In this document: positions 37,707 through 47,478 of the stretch, piece by piece
How the letters are laid out: each line of letters opens with the position of its first letter
How positions within the stretch are numbered: position 1 is the first letter of the stretch
NCBI GenBank assembly: GCA_964523905.1
Contig: CAZFYQ010000002.1
Location: 2,177-66,176, forward strand
Origin: an uncultured Gammaproteobacteria bacterium
Lineage (GTDB): Bacteria > Patescibacteriota > Microgenomatia > Daviesbacterales > UBA10151
Direction of reading: 5' to 3'
DNA length: 64,000 bases
The notes under the pieces: generated by a model
Databases searched by the model: none
What the model was told of the DNA's origin: nothing
What the model saw: only the letters and a program-made list of their open reading frames with translations
Made by a program: the position numbers and the translations under genes

Positions 37707-38135
37707 TTATTGTTGGGTTGGGGTAGGTGGAGGTGTGGGGGAACCGCCAAACAGAGCGTTTTTGACCTCAGTTACTACTTGATCAGGAGTGTATGATGCT
37801 TTAATTAAATAAGCCTGGGCGCCCAGTTCAAATCCTTCTTTAATCACTGCTTCCTGGCCTAAATTGGTCAGTAAAATAGTAATCATTTTGGAATTAGGAT
37901 TTAAGGTTTTAAACTCTCGAAGTAGTTGTAGCCCATTAATTCCCGGCAACATGATATCTAAAAGCAGTAAATCAAAGGTTTCGGCTTTTAACATGGCCAA
38001 CCCGGTTTGACCATCAGCGGCGCTTTTAACCACAAAGCCTTCTTTAGTTAACTGCCTAACATAGAGCTCCCTAATAAAGTCTTCATCCTCAACTAGCAGG
38101 ATTTTTTTAGTGGCATTAATATCTTGTGGTCCCAT
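37707..38135 (-). CDS. Stand-alone response regulator receiver
   Basis: LLVEDE, LLDIMLP, LTN, YLIK. Confidence 0.92.
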   Translation of the reverse strand: MGPQDINATKKILLVEDEDFIRELYVRQLTKEGFVVKSAADGQTGLAMLKAETFDLLLLDIMLPGINGLQLLREFKTLNPNSKMITILLTNLGQEAVIKEGFELGAQAYLIKASYTPDQVVTEVKNALFGGSPTPPPTPTQQ

Positions 38136-38162
38136 AACTATATGTACTTTAACTAATTGCGG

Positions 38163-39611
38163 CTAATAATTCAATCCGCCTTCTTGAATTTGTGCTCCCA
38201 CAAACTTATTTCCTTCCAAAGACCCAGAGCTAATGGTGTTAATTGGCAAAGTAAAGTAAAACTTACTACCTTTTCCCTCAATCGATTCCACCCAGATTTT
38301 GCCGTTTAATTTTTCAATAATTGATTTACTAATGTATAACCCCAGTCCTGTTCCTTTACTGGCTTGTTGGGTTTGGTTGGACACCCTAAAAAACTTGGTA
38401 AATAAATGGGGAATGGCATCTTTGGGGATTCCCACCCCGGTATCAGTTACACAAGTAGTGACAGAATCAGCCGTAGACTCAATGGAAAGCTCGACCTTAC
38501 CCCCGGCACCTGTATAGTTAATGGCATTGGCAATTAGATTGGTGACTACCTCAGCAATACGGATGGGATCGGCAATTACCTTTGGTAAGGTGGGCGGTGC
38601 TTTTAAAGTTAAAATAATTTGTTTTTGATTGGCCTGGGCTTTTAAATCCTCAATTGCCTTAGTGGCCAGTGGTAAATAATCCATTACTTGTGGGGAAACT
38701 GACATTTCTTCCCGTTCAATTTTATTAACATTCAACAGATTTTGCACTAAAAATAACAATTGTTTGGCCGAAATCTCTGCTTTATCTGTTAAATCCAGCT
38801 CCTCTTTAGGCAATTTATCTTTATTTTCTTCATTGAAGACTGATAAATAGCCAATGATCGAAGTTAAAGGAGTACGGAGTTCATGAGAGGCCATTGAAAC
38901 AAAATCCAGCTTCATTTTTTCCAGCTCTTCTTCTTTGGACAAGTCATGTAAAATTAAAATACAATCCAAATTGGTTTGGACAGTGGGTTTTACTTTGGAA
39001 GAAACAATATTGACCGGGGTTTGTTTACCCTGGTTACCGGTAAGCTTGACAGCTTTTCGAAAATCCATATCACAATAGGTTTTGGGTAACACCTCATAAC
39101 CATCAATCATCACATGTAGTAGGCTATCAATTCTTTGTCCCAGAAGCTGTGCAGATGTAAAACCAGTAATTTCCTCAGCTGCCCGGTTAGCAAACAAGAT
39201 ATTCTTGTTAAAATCTAAGGTAATAATGCCATCAATTAAAGAAGACAATACTTCTTCAGTTTTGTTTTTTTCCTGGATAGCCCTCTGGGTATCCGTTTCC
39301 ATTTTCTGGAAAGACCCGGCTAATTTATCCGCCATTTGGTTAAAGGAATTAGCCACTTGTTCAAATTCATCTCCGGATCTAATATCTGCCCGTTTGTTAA
39401 AATTACCATTACCTAAATCTTGGGCGCTTTTGATTAAATCCTTAAATGGCTTTAAAAAAATATACATGGCAAAGACAGCAAAAATAGTAGAAAACACTGC
39501 CGCTCCTAAAGCCACTACCAAGCTATGAAATAAATAAATGGAGATTATAGAAGGGCCTAAGATAGCAATTGCGCAGATTATGGATAATTTAATAAGCAGG
39601 GAATTTTTCAT
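38163..39611 (-). CDS. HAMP-PAS sensor histidine kinase
   Basis: Two TMs, HAMP, PAS, SHELRTPLT, NA.NY, D.G.G, GTGLGL. Confidence 0.93.
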   Translation of the reverse strand: MKNSLLIKLSIICAIAILGPSIISIYLFHSLVVALGAAVFSTIFAVFAMYIFLKPFKDLIKSAQDLGNGNFNKRADIRSGDEFEQVANSFNQMADKLAGSFQKMETDTQRAIQEKNKTEEVLSSLIDGIITLDFNKNILFANRAAEEITGFTSAQLLGQRIDSLLHVMIDGYEVLPKTYCDMDFRKAVKLTGNQGKQTPVNIVSSKVKPTVQTNLDCILILHDLSKEEELEKMKLDFVSMASHELRTPLTSIIGYLSVFNEENKDKLPKEELDLTDKAEISAKQLLFLVQNLLNVNKIEREEMSVSPQVMDYLPLATKAIEDLKAQANQKQIILTLKAPPTLPKVIADPIRIAEVVTNLIANAINYTGAGGKVELSIESTADSVTTCVTDTGVGIPKDAIPHLFTKFFRVSNQTQQASKGTGLGLYISKSIIEKLNGKIWVESIEGKGSKFYFTLPINTISSGSLEGNKFVGAQIQEGGLNY

Positions 39612-39653
39612 CCAACTTTAAGCGTAACAAAGCCAGGTAGGGTAATCAAGGGC

Positions 39654-40877
39654 TCAAAGCTCGTTTGTTAGCTTTAGTTTATAAAAGTAATAAACAAAAA
39701 GAATCATTGAAGCGTAATAGATGTAAATTCCAATTTGTGATCCACCAATAAAGTCCGGTTGGAAAATCCAGGCTTGAAACCATAACATTGCAGCTCCCAC
39801 AATAATTGTTACTAATTTCCTTTGATAATTAATCAGATCAGGTAAACATAAGACGGCTGCCAGTACCAGTCCGTTGGCGTACCTGCCAATATTGGCATAC
39901 ATTACAAAATCATCTGGGATTAAGCTAAGTAGCAACAGTAGATGAATTCCTAAAATGGCAACTGCCGGAGTTAACCGGTTATTTTTAATCAAAACCATCG
40001 GGATGATTCCGGTAATTAGCGCCGGAAGCATAACCAAAGTCATCGGGTTAGTCCAGGGCCATAAATAAGGAAGAATTGGGGGAAATGATAAGTGAGCTGA
40101 AAGATCGGGAGTGTAATAAATATTTAAGAAGATAAAATACAACAGGAATGGAACAAGGATTATTAAAGTTGCGAATAATCCTCTCTTCCAATATTGATTA
40201 ATTTGTATCTGTTTATCAGCTGATGTTTTAAATATTAAAGAGCCCATAAACACTAAAGAAAATACCGCTGTTAATTCTCGGGTAAAAATAGCCAAGGAAA
40301 ACATCAAGACAGAAATAGCTAGTTTACTGATCTTTTTTGAGTCAAAAAAGAAAACTCCGGCCATGGTTAAAAAATATGCTAGTGATTCATTTAAATCATG
40401 GGCCATTGAGACCCAGACCCCGGGGTAAAAACCATAAATTAAACTATAGTAAGGAGATAAATTAAATCTTTGTAGATATTTACTTAATAAATAAACAGTG
40501 CCGATAATGCTGGCAATGTTAATGATTAACAGGTTATAGGCAATCAAATTTTGCTTGCCAAATGAAAATACCCTGGTCATTAAAGGATAAAACACTCGGG
40601 CCATCCGGTAAGGTGGATCATCAATGTAGGAAAAAGCATGAATAGGATCCAGGGCTAAATAGTAAAAAAATTGCCCGTCATAACCGTAGCCTTTTTGGGC
40701 ATATTTTGACAGATTATTAATCACTGGACTGCTATAACTTTTTTGTACAAAATGGCTACCGATATAGATAAAATCATGAATATCAAAAAAAGGTAGAACG
40801 ATTAATAACCAACAAAGAATTGCAAAACCGGAAATTAAAGCCGGAAATACTGCAGAATATTTTAAGAAAAACTTCAC
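39654..40877 (-). CDS. Multi-pass membrane protein, GT-C glycosyltransferase-like
   Basis: GYDGQFFY..A.DP, YR..R..YP, TRE; about 10 TMs. Confidence 0.65.
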   Translation of the reverse strand: MKFFLKYSAVFPALISGFAILCWLLIVLPFFDIHDFIYIGSHFVQKSYSSPVINNLSKYAQKGYGYDGQFFYYLALDPIHAFSYIDDPPYRMARVFYPLMTRVFSFGKQNLIAYNLLIINIASIIGTVYLLSKYLQRFNLSPYYSLIYGFYPGVWVSMAHDLNESLAYFLTMAGVFFFDSKKISKLAISVLMFSLAIFTRELTAVFSLVFMGSLIFKTSADKQIQINQYWKRGLFATLIILVPFLLYFIFLNIYYTPDLSAHLSFPPILPYLWPWTNPMTLVMLPALITGIIPMVLIKNNRLTPAVAILGIHLLLLLSLIPDDFVMYANIGRYANGLVLAAVLCLPDLINYQRKLVTIIVGAAMLWFQAWIFQPDFIGGSQIGIYIYYASMILFVYYFYKLKLTNEL

Positions 40878-40910
40878 ATCCTTACTATACCAAAATAATA
40901 GTTAATGATA

Positions 40911-41279
40911 TTAAACTTTATCAAGATAATTAAAAAAAGCATTCATGGGTTTCCAGTGACCACCTTCATCTAATTTGCAAATATTAATACCCGTGGCTGT
41001 TAAAAGAAGCTCAGTTCCACCCATAGCTAGATTAATAGCCGTCATCGTTTTTCTTACAACTGAAAACCTATATGCAGGGTAGCTTGATATGGAAAATATT
41101 GCTTCTGCTTCTTTCCATGCAAGAGGAAGGCCCCTAATTATTCCTTTTGTTCTCAGTGGTCTTAATACTGGTTCAGATAGACTGATCTCATCAGCTGTTC
41201 CAGTAGACGTTCTTTGATTTATGTATCTTTCCTGAAGAAAGCCAATGACTTTTCCAGACCAAGGTTGTTGCTCTTTCAT
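40911..41279 (-). CDS. Hypothetical protein
   Basis: 122-aa ATG ORF filling the intergenic space downstream of the tRNA. Confidence 0.45.
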   Translation of the reverse strand: MKEQQPWSGKVIGFLQERYINQRTSTGTADEISLSEPVLRPLRTKGIIRGLPLAWKEAEAIFSISSYPAYRFSVVRKTMTAINLAMGGTELLLTATGINICKLDEGGHWKPMNAFFNYLDKV

Positions 41280-41282
41280 CTT

Positions 41283-41342
41283 TGGTACCGCGTACCGGAT
41301 TTGTTCATCCCGATAGTGATCGGGATGCTTTGCGAAGCAAAG
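41283..41342 (-). repeat. tRNA 3'-end relic plus two palindromes
   Basis: Minus strand AAATCCGGTACGCGGTACCA (41302-41283); CATCCCGAT-agtg-ATCGGGATG and CTTTGC-gaa-GCAAAG hairpins. Confidence 0.55.
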
Positions 41343-41356
41343 AGCGGTGATTTCAG

Positions 41357-41428
41357 TAGCTCCGACGGGAATCGAACCCGTGTTTCAGCGTTGAGAACGC
41401 CGTGTACTAACCGTTATACGACGGAGCC
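41357..41428 (-). tRNA. tRNA-Glu(CTC), CCA not encoded
   Basis: GGCTCCG/CGGAGCT acceptor, CGGCG-TTCTCAA-CGCTG anticodon arm, ACGGG-TTCGATT-CCCGT T arm. Confidence 0.95.
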
Positions 41429-41500
41429 TTTGAGCCTAAATTATAGCATGTTTACTGCTCAATTGACTTACGTATGAATTTAGAATAAAATCTGCGCAAA

Positions 41501-41989
41501 GTGACAAAAATTAAAGTTTCTGTAAGAAATATAAAAAATACCTACCTGACTTCACAGGGTTTATCTGAGGTGAAAACCGAATTTGATTTCCTTAAAAAGG
41601 AAAAAAGAGCGGAAATTGCTGAAAGAATCCGCCAGGCCAGAGAATATGGGGATTTAACTGAAAACTCCGAATATGATAGCGCTATGGAAGATCAATCTTT
41701 AATGGAAAACCGGATTGCTGAACTGGAAGAAATTTTAAAACATGCCAAAGTGATTGTTGGAAAAAACCAGGAGGATTTTGTGATCATTGGTTCCACAGTC
41801 AAAATTGAAATGGATGATGGCATTGATGAATTTACCATTGTTGGTAGGGTAGAGGCAGACCCTTCTAAAAAAAGAATTTCCAACGAATCCCCTCTTGGTT
41901 TGGCACTACTTGGTGCTAAAGAAGGTGAGGAGGTAGAAGTAACTACCCCGATAGTGAGATACAAATGTAAGGTTTTAAATATTAAATAA
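41501..41989 (+). CDS. greA: Transcription elongation factor GreA
   Basis: AREYGDLTENSEY, ISNESPLG.ALLG. Confidence 0.95.
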   Translation: MTKIKVSVRNIKNTYLTSQGLSEVKTEFDFLKKEKRAEIAERIRQAREYGDLTENSEYDSAMEDQSLMENRIAELEEILKHAKVIVGKNQEDFVIIGSTVKIEMDDGIDEFTIVGRVEADPSKKRISNESPLGLALLGAKEGEEVEVTTPIVRYKCKVLNIK

Positions 41990-41990
41990 C

Positions 41991-43286
41991 ATGAAAAAGC
42001 CGCTCATTTTGTTTTATCCTAATCTGCCAAAATTATCAAAAAACGAAATGGAAGTTTTGGATTTACTAATAGATGCTGGTAAATTAATTGTCCCAATTTA
42101 CCTTGAGCAGGAAAAATATGCTGAAAGTCAAATAAACAAAGCTGAACTTGAGAGAGCAGCCAAAAATAATCCTGCCATATTTGATCCGTATACTGTAGTA
42201 GAAAAAATAGAAGGGAAAATAGTCGCAACCCCTTATCATATAAAATATGCCAAACTTCTCAAACCGATTGCAAAAAAATTAATTGAAGCCAGTAAGTTAA
42301 CTACAAATAAAGAATTTGGTAACGCTCTAAAAATACAGGCAGAAGCTCTATTAAATGGCACTTATGATCAGGCAACTATTAATTGGTTAAAAACAAAGCA
42401 ATATATTCTAGATATATCAATACTTCCACTTAAGCCTTCGGATAATAGGATGCCTTTTTCCAAAGCCTCCTATCAGGCATGGGTGGGAGTAGTGGATGTT
42501 GAGGGAACCAAAAGGTTCCATACTTACAAAGATGTCACTCTTAGTTCTATGAGACATGGAGTCCTTCCAGAAAATAGAATTGATAATCCCGAAAAAATAA
42601 AAGGTAAGGTTTTAGATATTGTGATATTGTCTGGATTTATGGCCAGAACCAAATTTGCCGGGGTTCATTTACCAACAGATGTAGCTATTGTTGAAAAATA
42701 CGGATCAGAAATTACACTGTTTAATCAGGCTAATGATTTGAAAGTTAAAGAGCAAATCATCCCTGTATTTGATAAAATCTTCTCACCAGAATTTAAGGAA
42801 GGATTTAGCTTTGAGGATTTAAGAAGAGGTTATTTGCGAGCAGTGGCACTACACGAGCTAGCCCACAGCTATCTATATTACAAGAATGCGTCGCAAAAAT
42901 TACAGGATTTGTTTCCAATCATTGATGAACTTGCTGCAACTGCCTTAGGTTTAAGATTATCAGGCTCCTTACTTTTGATAGATCGGATAACGGAAAAGCA
43001 GTTAGAATCAATGATTGTGGCGTATTTATGCAGAAGTTTCTATTACACTTTAAACGCTAATACCTCTCAGCATCCTTTGCGTAATTATGCTGTTGGTGGA
43101 AATATACTAATCAATTTTATGTTTCAACATGGAGCAATAAAAAAATCAGAGAAATATGTTGTACTGAATTTTATGAAGATATTTGTCTGTCTGCATGATT
43201 TATCTGACATGTTGGAAAAAATATTATCCTCTGAAACAAGAAAAGATGCTGAAAAATTTATTGTAAAATACGGAAAGCTTAACTAA
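41991..43286 (+). CDS. Zn metallopeptidase, dipeptidyl-peptidase III (M49)-like
   Basis: PYTVV, PY...Y, L.EA..LT.N, HLP.D, HELAH, DEL.A. Confidence 0.6.
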   Translation: MKKPLILFYPNLPKLSKNEMEVLDLLIDAGKLIVPIYLEQEKYAESQINKAELERAAKNNPAIFDPYTVVEKIEGKIVATPYHIKYAKLLKPIAKKLIEASKLTTNKEFGNALKIQAEALLNGTYDQATINWLKTKQYILDISILPLKPSDNRMPFSKASYQAWVGVVDVEGTKRFHTYKDVTLSSMRHGVLPENRIDNPEKIKGKVLDIVILSGFMARTKFAGVHLPTDVAIVEKYGSEITLFNQANDLKVKEQIIPVFDKIFSPEFKEGFSFEDLRRGYLRAVALHELAHSYLYYKNASQKLQDLFPIIDELAATALGLRLSGSLLLIDRITEKQLESMIVAYLCRSFYYTLNANTSQHPLRNYAVGGNILINFMFQHGAIKKSEKYVVLNFMKIFVCLHDLSDMLEKILSSETRKDAEKFIVKYGKLN

Positions 43287-43352
43287 AATCTAAATAACCG
43301 TAGAAATTGCCCGAATTGCACTTTTATATAGCAGGCTGTATAATCCGTTGAT

Positions 43353-44162
43353 ATGTCCGTGGATTCTATGGAAAAATTAATTGGAATACGATCAGTCGAT
43401 CATAATGGTTTCAAAGCAGATTTTTTGTGGGGTGATGCAATAATAAACCAAAAAGAACCTTTAAGTGCTCTGATGAGTCATGTAGATGCAGATGTTTTTA
43501 AAAAAGACGTTCCTCAAGCCATTGCAACAGTTGAGCGTAGATTTGCTTTGATAGAGAAATCTGCAGCTCATGCCAATAGCACTAGTATGATTTTATACAG
43601 ATATCCCAGTGATCCAATAGGTGAGATTGCATCGTATCATGCTTATTCCCTTCAGCAGGAACTGGAAGTGGAAACCTCTAAAGGACCACGAATTGTTTTA
43701 CTTGTGGTAGTAAGATCTTTTGGGGTAGATTTTCGAGACCATGGTTTAGGAAGATATGATATTCAGCAAGGCCCAGTTAGACATCCAGCAGCTACAGCGA
43801 TAATGTATAGAACTATCAGTCCTGCTGCAGCTTGGTCTGTATATCAGGCAGATGTAGTAAATCCTCGAGTCCATTTTCCTTGGCAATGGGCATCTTTGTA
43901 CGGGGAGAATGCTGAGGCAGAGTTAGCAGGGGAAATTAAGGATGCAGGTTTTAAAGAATTAAAATCAGTAGGAATAGCAAAGGCAAAACGTCCTCCGGAT
44001 AGCTCTACAGGAGCTGCAATTGCAGATGATAGACCAAATTTGGCATATGAAGTTAAACCTGGACATACAGCTACTGAGGAAATTGGTGGATATATTACTA
44101 CAGTGCTTAAGGCAGTTCCTTCAAGAGGAGATAGGATATATAGTGTTGGTTTGCTTGAATAA
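43353..44162 (+). CDS. Hypothetical protein, possible GNAT fold
   Basis: RSF..DFRDHGLG resembles acetyl-CoA-binding motif A; MYRTISP. Confidence 0.45.
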   Translation: MSVDSMEKLIGIRSVDHNGFKADFLWGDAIINQKEPLSALMSHVDADVFKKDVPQAIATVERRFALIEKSAAHANSTSMILYRYPSDPIGEIASYHAYSLQQELEVETSKGPRIVLLVVVRSFGVDFRDHGLGRYDIQQGPVRHPAATAIMYRTISPAAAWSVYQADVVNPRVHFPWQWASLYGENAEAELAGEIKDAGFKELKSVGIAKAKRPPDSSTGAAIADDRPNLAYEVKPGHTATEEIGGYITTVLKAVPSRGDRIYSVGLLE

Positions 44163-44203
44163 ATCTTCTTTCAAAAAACTTCAGCTTCGAGTATACTTTA
44201 GGC

Positions 44204-45658
44204 ATGCCTTTAGAGAGTTTACAAAAAGAACGCCTTAAAAAGTTAAAAAATATTCAAAGCCTGGGGATTAATCCCTATCCTTCCAAAACTGTCCGCAAAG
44301 AAACTATTGCCGTGGCCCGCAAAATGATGGGTAAAAAGGTTTTTGTGGTGGGAAGAATTAGGTCGCTTCGTCCCCACGGAAAAATTGCTTTTTTAGATAT
44401 TGAAGATGCCACTGGTAAAATCCAGCTATTTTTTAGAGAAGACTTATTAAAAGATAAATTTGAAATTTTGCCAAATCTTGATTTAGGAGATTTTATACAA
44501 GTTTCGGGTGAAATAATTAAAACCCAATCCGGTGAGATTACTGTCAGCGCCTCAGATTTTACCATTTTAAGTAAAAGTCTTCGTCCTTTGCCTTCGTCAT
44601 GGTATGGACTTAAAGACGTTGAAGAAAGATATCGTCACCGCTATATTGATTTACTAATGAATCCAGAAGTTCGTTCGACCTTGGAATACCGTTCCAAAAT
44701 AACTGCCGCCATCCGCAATTTTTTAATTAACAAAAAAGGCTATTTTGAAGTGGAAAATCCGGTGTTACAACCTTTATATGGGGGGACCAGGGCCCGGCCT
44801 TTTAAAACTCATCATAATTCCTTAAGAATGGATTTATATCTTCGCATTTCCAATGAACTATATTTAAAAAGATTAATTGTCGGTGGTTTTGAAAAAGTTT
44901 TTGAAATGGGACACACTTTTCGAAATGAAGGAATGGACAGAAATCATAATCCGGAATTTACAATGCTGGAAACCATGGAAGCATATATTAATTATGAAGG
45001 GAACATGGATTTGATTGAAGAAATGTTTGAATATGTATCCAAGGAAGTTTTTGGAAAAACTAAACTGGAATATCAGGGTATGGTAATTGATTACAAAAGT
45101 CCTTGGCCAAGAATTAAACTAACTGATTTGTTTAAAAAATATACCGGGGTCCATTTTCATGAAATTAATACTTTAGAAAAAGCCACTACTTTAGCTAAAA
45201 GCTTGGGAGTAGAGATTAAAGATTTTATGACAGATGGGGAAATTTTGTTAGAAATTTTTGAGAAAAAATGTACTAGCCAGTTGATTCAACCAACTTTTGT
45301 TTATGATTACCCGGCGGATTTTTACCCTTTGGCTAAAAGAAAAGCCGATGATCCGAAATTTGTGGAAAGTTTTGATATTTATGTTGCCGGAATGGAAATG
45401 GGTACTAATTATACTGAACAAAATGATCCGCAGGAACTACGTTTAGCTTGGCAAAAGGAAAAACAAAAAGCCAAAGATGGTAATCAAGAAGCCCAAAAAA
45501 TTGATGAAGATTTTCTGGAAGCTTTGGAATATGGCATGCCACCAACCTCCGGAATAGGTCCGGGAGTTGATCGTTGGATAATGGTGATGACTAATTCCCC
45601 TGCCATTGCTGATGTGATCCCCTTCCCAATGTTAAAGCCAGAAAAGAAAAGTAAATGA
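44204..45658 (+). CDS. lysS: Lysine--tRNA ligase (class II)
   Basis: RYR.RY.DL, LYLRIS.ELYLKRLIVGG, FRNEG, HNPEFT, YGMPPT.G.G.GVDR. Confidence 0.97.
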   Translation: MPLESLQKERLKKLKNIQSLGINPYPSKTVRKETIAVARKMMGKKVFVVGRIRSLRPHGKIAFLDIEDATGKIQLFFREDLLKDKFEILPNLDLGDFIQVSGEIIKTQSGEITVSASDFTILSKSLRPLPSSWYGLKDVEERYRHRYIDLLMNPEVRSTLEYRSKITAAIRNFLINKKGYFEVENPVLQPLYGGTRARPFKTHHNSLRMDLYLRISNELYLKRLIVGGFEKVFEMGHTFRNEGMDRNHNPEFTMLETMEAYINYEGNMDLIEEMFEYVSKEVFGKTKLEYQGMVIDYKSPWPRIKLTDLFKKYTGVHFHEINTLEKATTLAKSLGVEIKDFMTDGEILLEIFEKKCTSQLIQPTFVYDYPADFYPLAKRKADDPKFVESFDIYVAGMEMGTNYTEQNDPQELRLAWQKEKQKAKDGNQEAQKIDEDFLEALEYGMPPTSGIGPGVDRWIMVMTNSPAIADVIPFPMLKPEKKSK

Positions 45659-46245
45659 GATTAACGGATTTAAAAAAGATATTAAAAGTTTTCTTAACTT
45701 TGCAGTGGACTAAAGAACTTCCTCGTCAAGGTTTTATTGCCATGGGGTTTAAGAGAAATGAGGCAGATTCGGTGGCGGCTCATTCTTTTTCAACAGCCTT
45801 ACTAGCCTATTTTTTAGCCAAACAATTACAAAAAGAAGGGACTAAAATTGATCCAGACCGGGTCTTAAAAATGGGTTTGGTCCATGATATTGGTGAAACG
45901 ATTGTGGGAGATGTGGGCACTTTTGTTAAAGGGATGGCTGGAGGAGTATTTAAAAATATTGAAGAAGAAGGGGTCAAGGCTTTGGTGGCCGGAATCAATT
46001 CCGAAGAGGAAATTATATCCCTGGTACATGAGTATAATGAAAGAGCTACTATTGAGGCCCGGGTGGTTAAGGCTGCGGATAACCTGGATGCCTTAGCTCA
46101 AGCTAAAGGTGTACCTGGGGCAGCAAGTGCGATAAAATATTTTAAGCAGATGTATCATATTACTAAATTTGATTGGCACAAAACTGCCGTTGATTTAATA
46201 GTAAATGACAAAGTAGAGCCATCCCGGGAATGGCAGAAAGCATAA
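45655..46245 (+). CDS. HD-domain hydrolase (YfbR/HDDC2-like)
   Basis: R.G, SVAAHS, VHD..E...GD, AD.LD. Confidence 0.8.
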   Translation: MRLTDLKKILKVFLTLQWTKELPRQGFIAMGFKRNEADSVAAHSFSTALLAYFLAKQLQKEGTKIDPDRVLKMGLVHDIGETIVGDVGTFVKGMAGGVFKNIEEEGVKALVAGINSEEEIISLVHEYNERATIEARVVKAADNLDALAQAKGVPGAASAIKYFKQMYHITKFDWHKTAVDLIVNDKVEPSREWQKA

Positions 46246-47478
46246 ATGTTAGATATTAATTTTATTAGGCAAAATATTGATAAGGTAAAAAAATCTATTG
46301 ATGCCAGAAAATCTGATGTAGATTTAGAAAAACTTTTAAAACTGGATGATAAGAGAAAAGACTTAATTCAAAAAGTAGATTTACTTCGCGCTAAAAGAAA
46401 CGAAGCAGCAAAGGCCCGTGATATTGAGGTTGGTAAAGCAGTAAAACTTGAATTGGATCTGCTGGAAAAAGAGCTGAGTGATGTAGAAAAAAGTTGGAAT
46501 GAGCTGATGCTACTGGTTCCGAATGTTATCTTGGATGATGTACCAATTGGAGATGCCAGTAATAATAAAGTTATTAAAACAGAAGGAAAAATTCCTAAAT
46601 TTGATTTTAAAATTAAAGACCATTTAGAACTGGGAAAACTGCTAGACATTATTGATTTTGACAGAGGCGTAAAAGTAGGAGGATATAGGAGTTATTATTT
46701 AAAAAATGAAGGTGCCAAATTACACTGGGCTGTTTTAAATTTTGCCCTAGATTATGTTTCCAGAAAAGGGTATGAAGTAGTAGTTCCTCCAGTGATTGAT
46801 CGAAGTTTTGCGCTCCTTGGTGGCGGGCAATTTCCTTGGGGTGAAGAAGATACCTACAAGGTAGGAGATGATGAATATTTAGTAGGCACCGCCGAGATTC
46901 CCTTAATGGCTATGCATGCTGACGAGACTTTTAATATTAAAGATTTGCCAAAAAAATATGTGGCAATGTCTCCTTGTTTTAGAACAGAGATTGGATCATA
47001 TGGTAAAGACACCAAAGGATTATATAGGGTTCATGAATTTTTTAAGGTAGAGCAGGTGATTTTAGCAGAGGCAGATGAAAAAGAGTCTTTAGGATTTTTT
47101 GAAGATTTACTGGATAATGCGGAAGGTATTTTGCAGGAACTTGACCTACCTTATCAAGTTGTTTGTTTATCATCTGTAGACATGGGTAAAAAAGCTGCTT
47201 TAACTTATGATATTGAAACCTGGATGCCAGGAAGAGAAGCTTACGGGGAAACACATTCTAATTCGATGGTACTGGATTTTCAAACTCGCAGATTAAAAAT
47301 TAAATACAAAGATGAAGAGGGGAATGTTAGATATTGTTATGCTTTAAATAACACTGCTATTGCCTCACCCAGAATTCTAATCGCTCTTTTGGAGAATTTT
47401 CAGCAGGCAGATGGATCTGTAAAGATTCCTGAAGTGTTACAAAAATATACCGGCTTTTCCGAGATTAAACCCCAATAA
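46246..47478 (+). CDS. serS: Serine--tRNA ligase
   Basis: MLDINFIR, GTAE, CFR.E.G..GKDT.GL.RVH.F.K.E, D.ETW.P, LNNTA.A.PR. Confidence 0.97.
   Translation: MLDINFIRQNIDKVKKSIDARKSDVDLEKLLKLDDKRKDLIQKVDLLRAKRNEAAKARDIEVGKAVKLELDLLEKELSDVEKSWNELMLLVPNVILDDVPIGDASNNKVIKTEGKIPKFDFKIKDHLELGKLLDIIDFDRGVKVGGYRSYYLKNEGAKLHWAVLNFALDYVSRKGYEVVVPPVIDRSFALLGGGQFPWGEEDTYKVGDDEYLVGTAEIPLMAMHADETFNIKDLPKKYVAMSPCFRTEIGSYGKDTKGLYRVHEFFKVEQVILAEADEKESLGFFEDLLDNAEGILQELDLPYQVVCLSSVDMGKKAALTYDIETWMPGREAYGETHSNSMVLDFQTRRLKIKYKDEEGNVRYCYALNNTAIASPRILIALLENFQQADGSVKIPEVLQKYTGFSEIKPQ

Noticed and set aside
41214-41477. 87-aa plus-strand ORF
   Set aside because: It is antisense to tRNA-Glu and palindromes; spurious.
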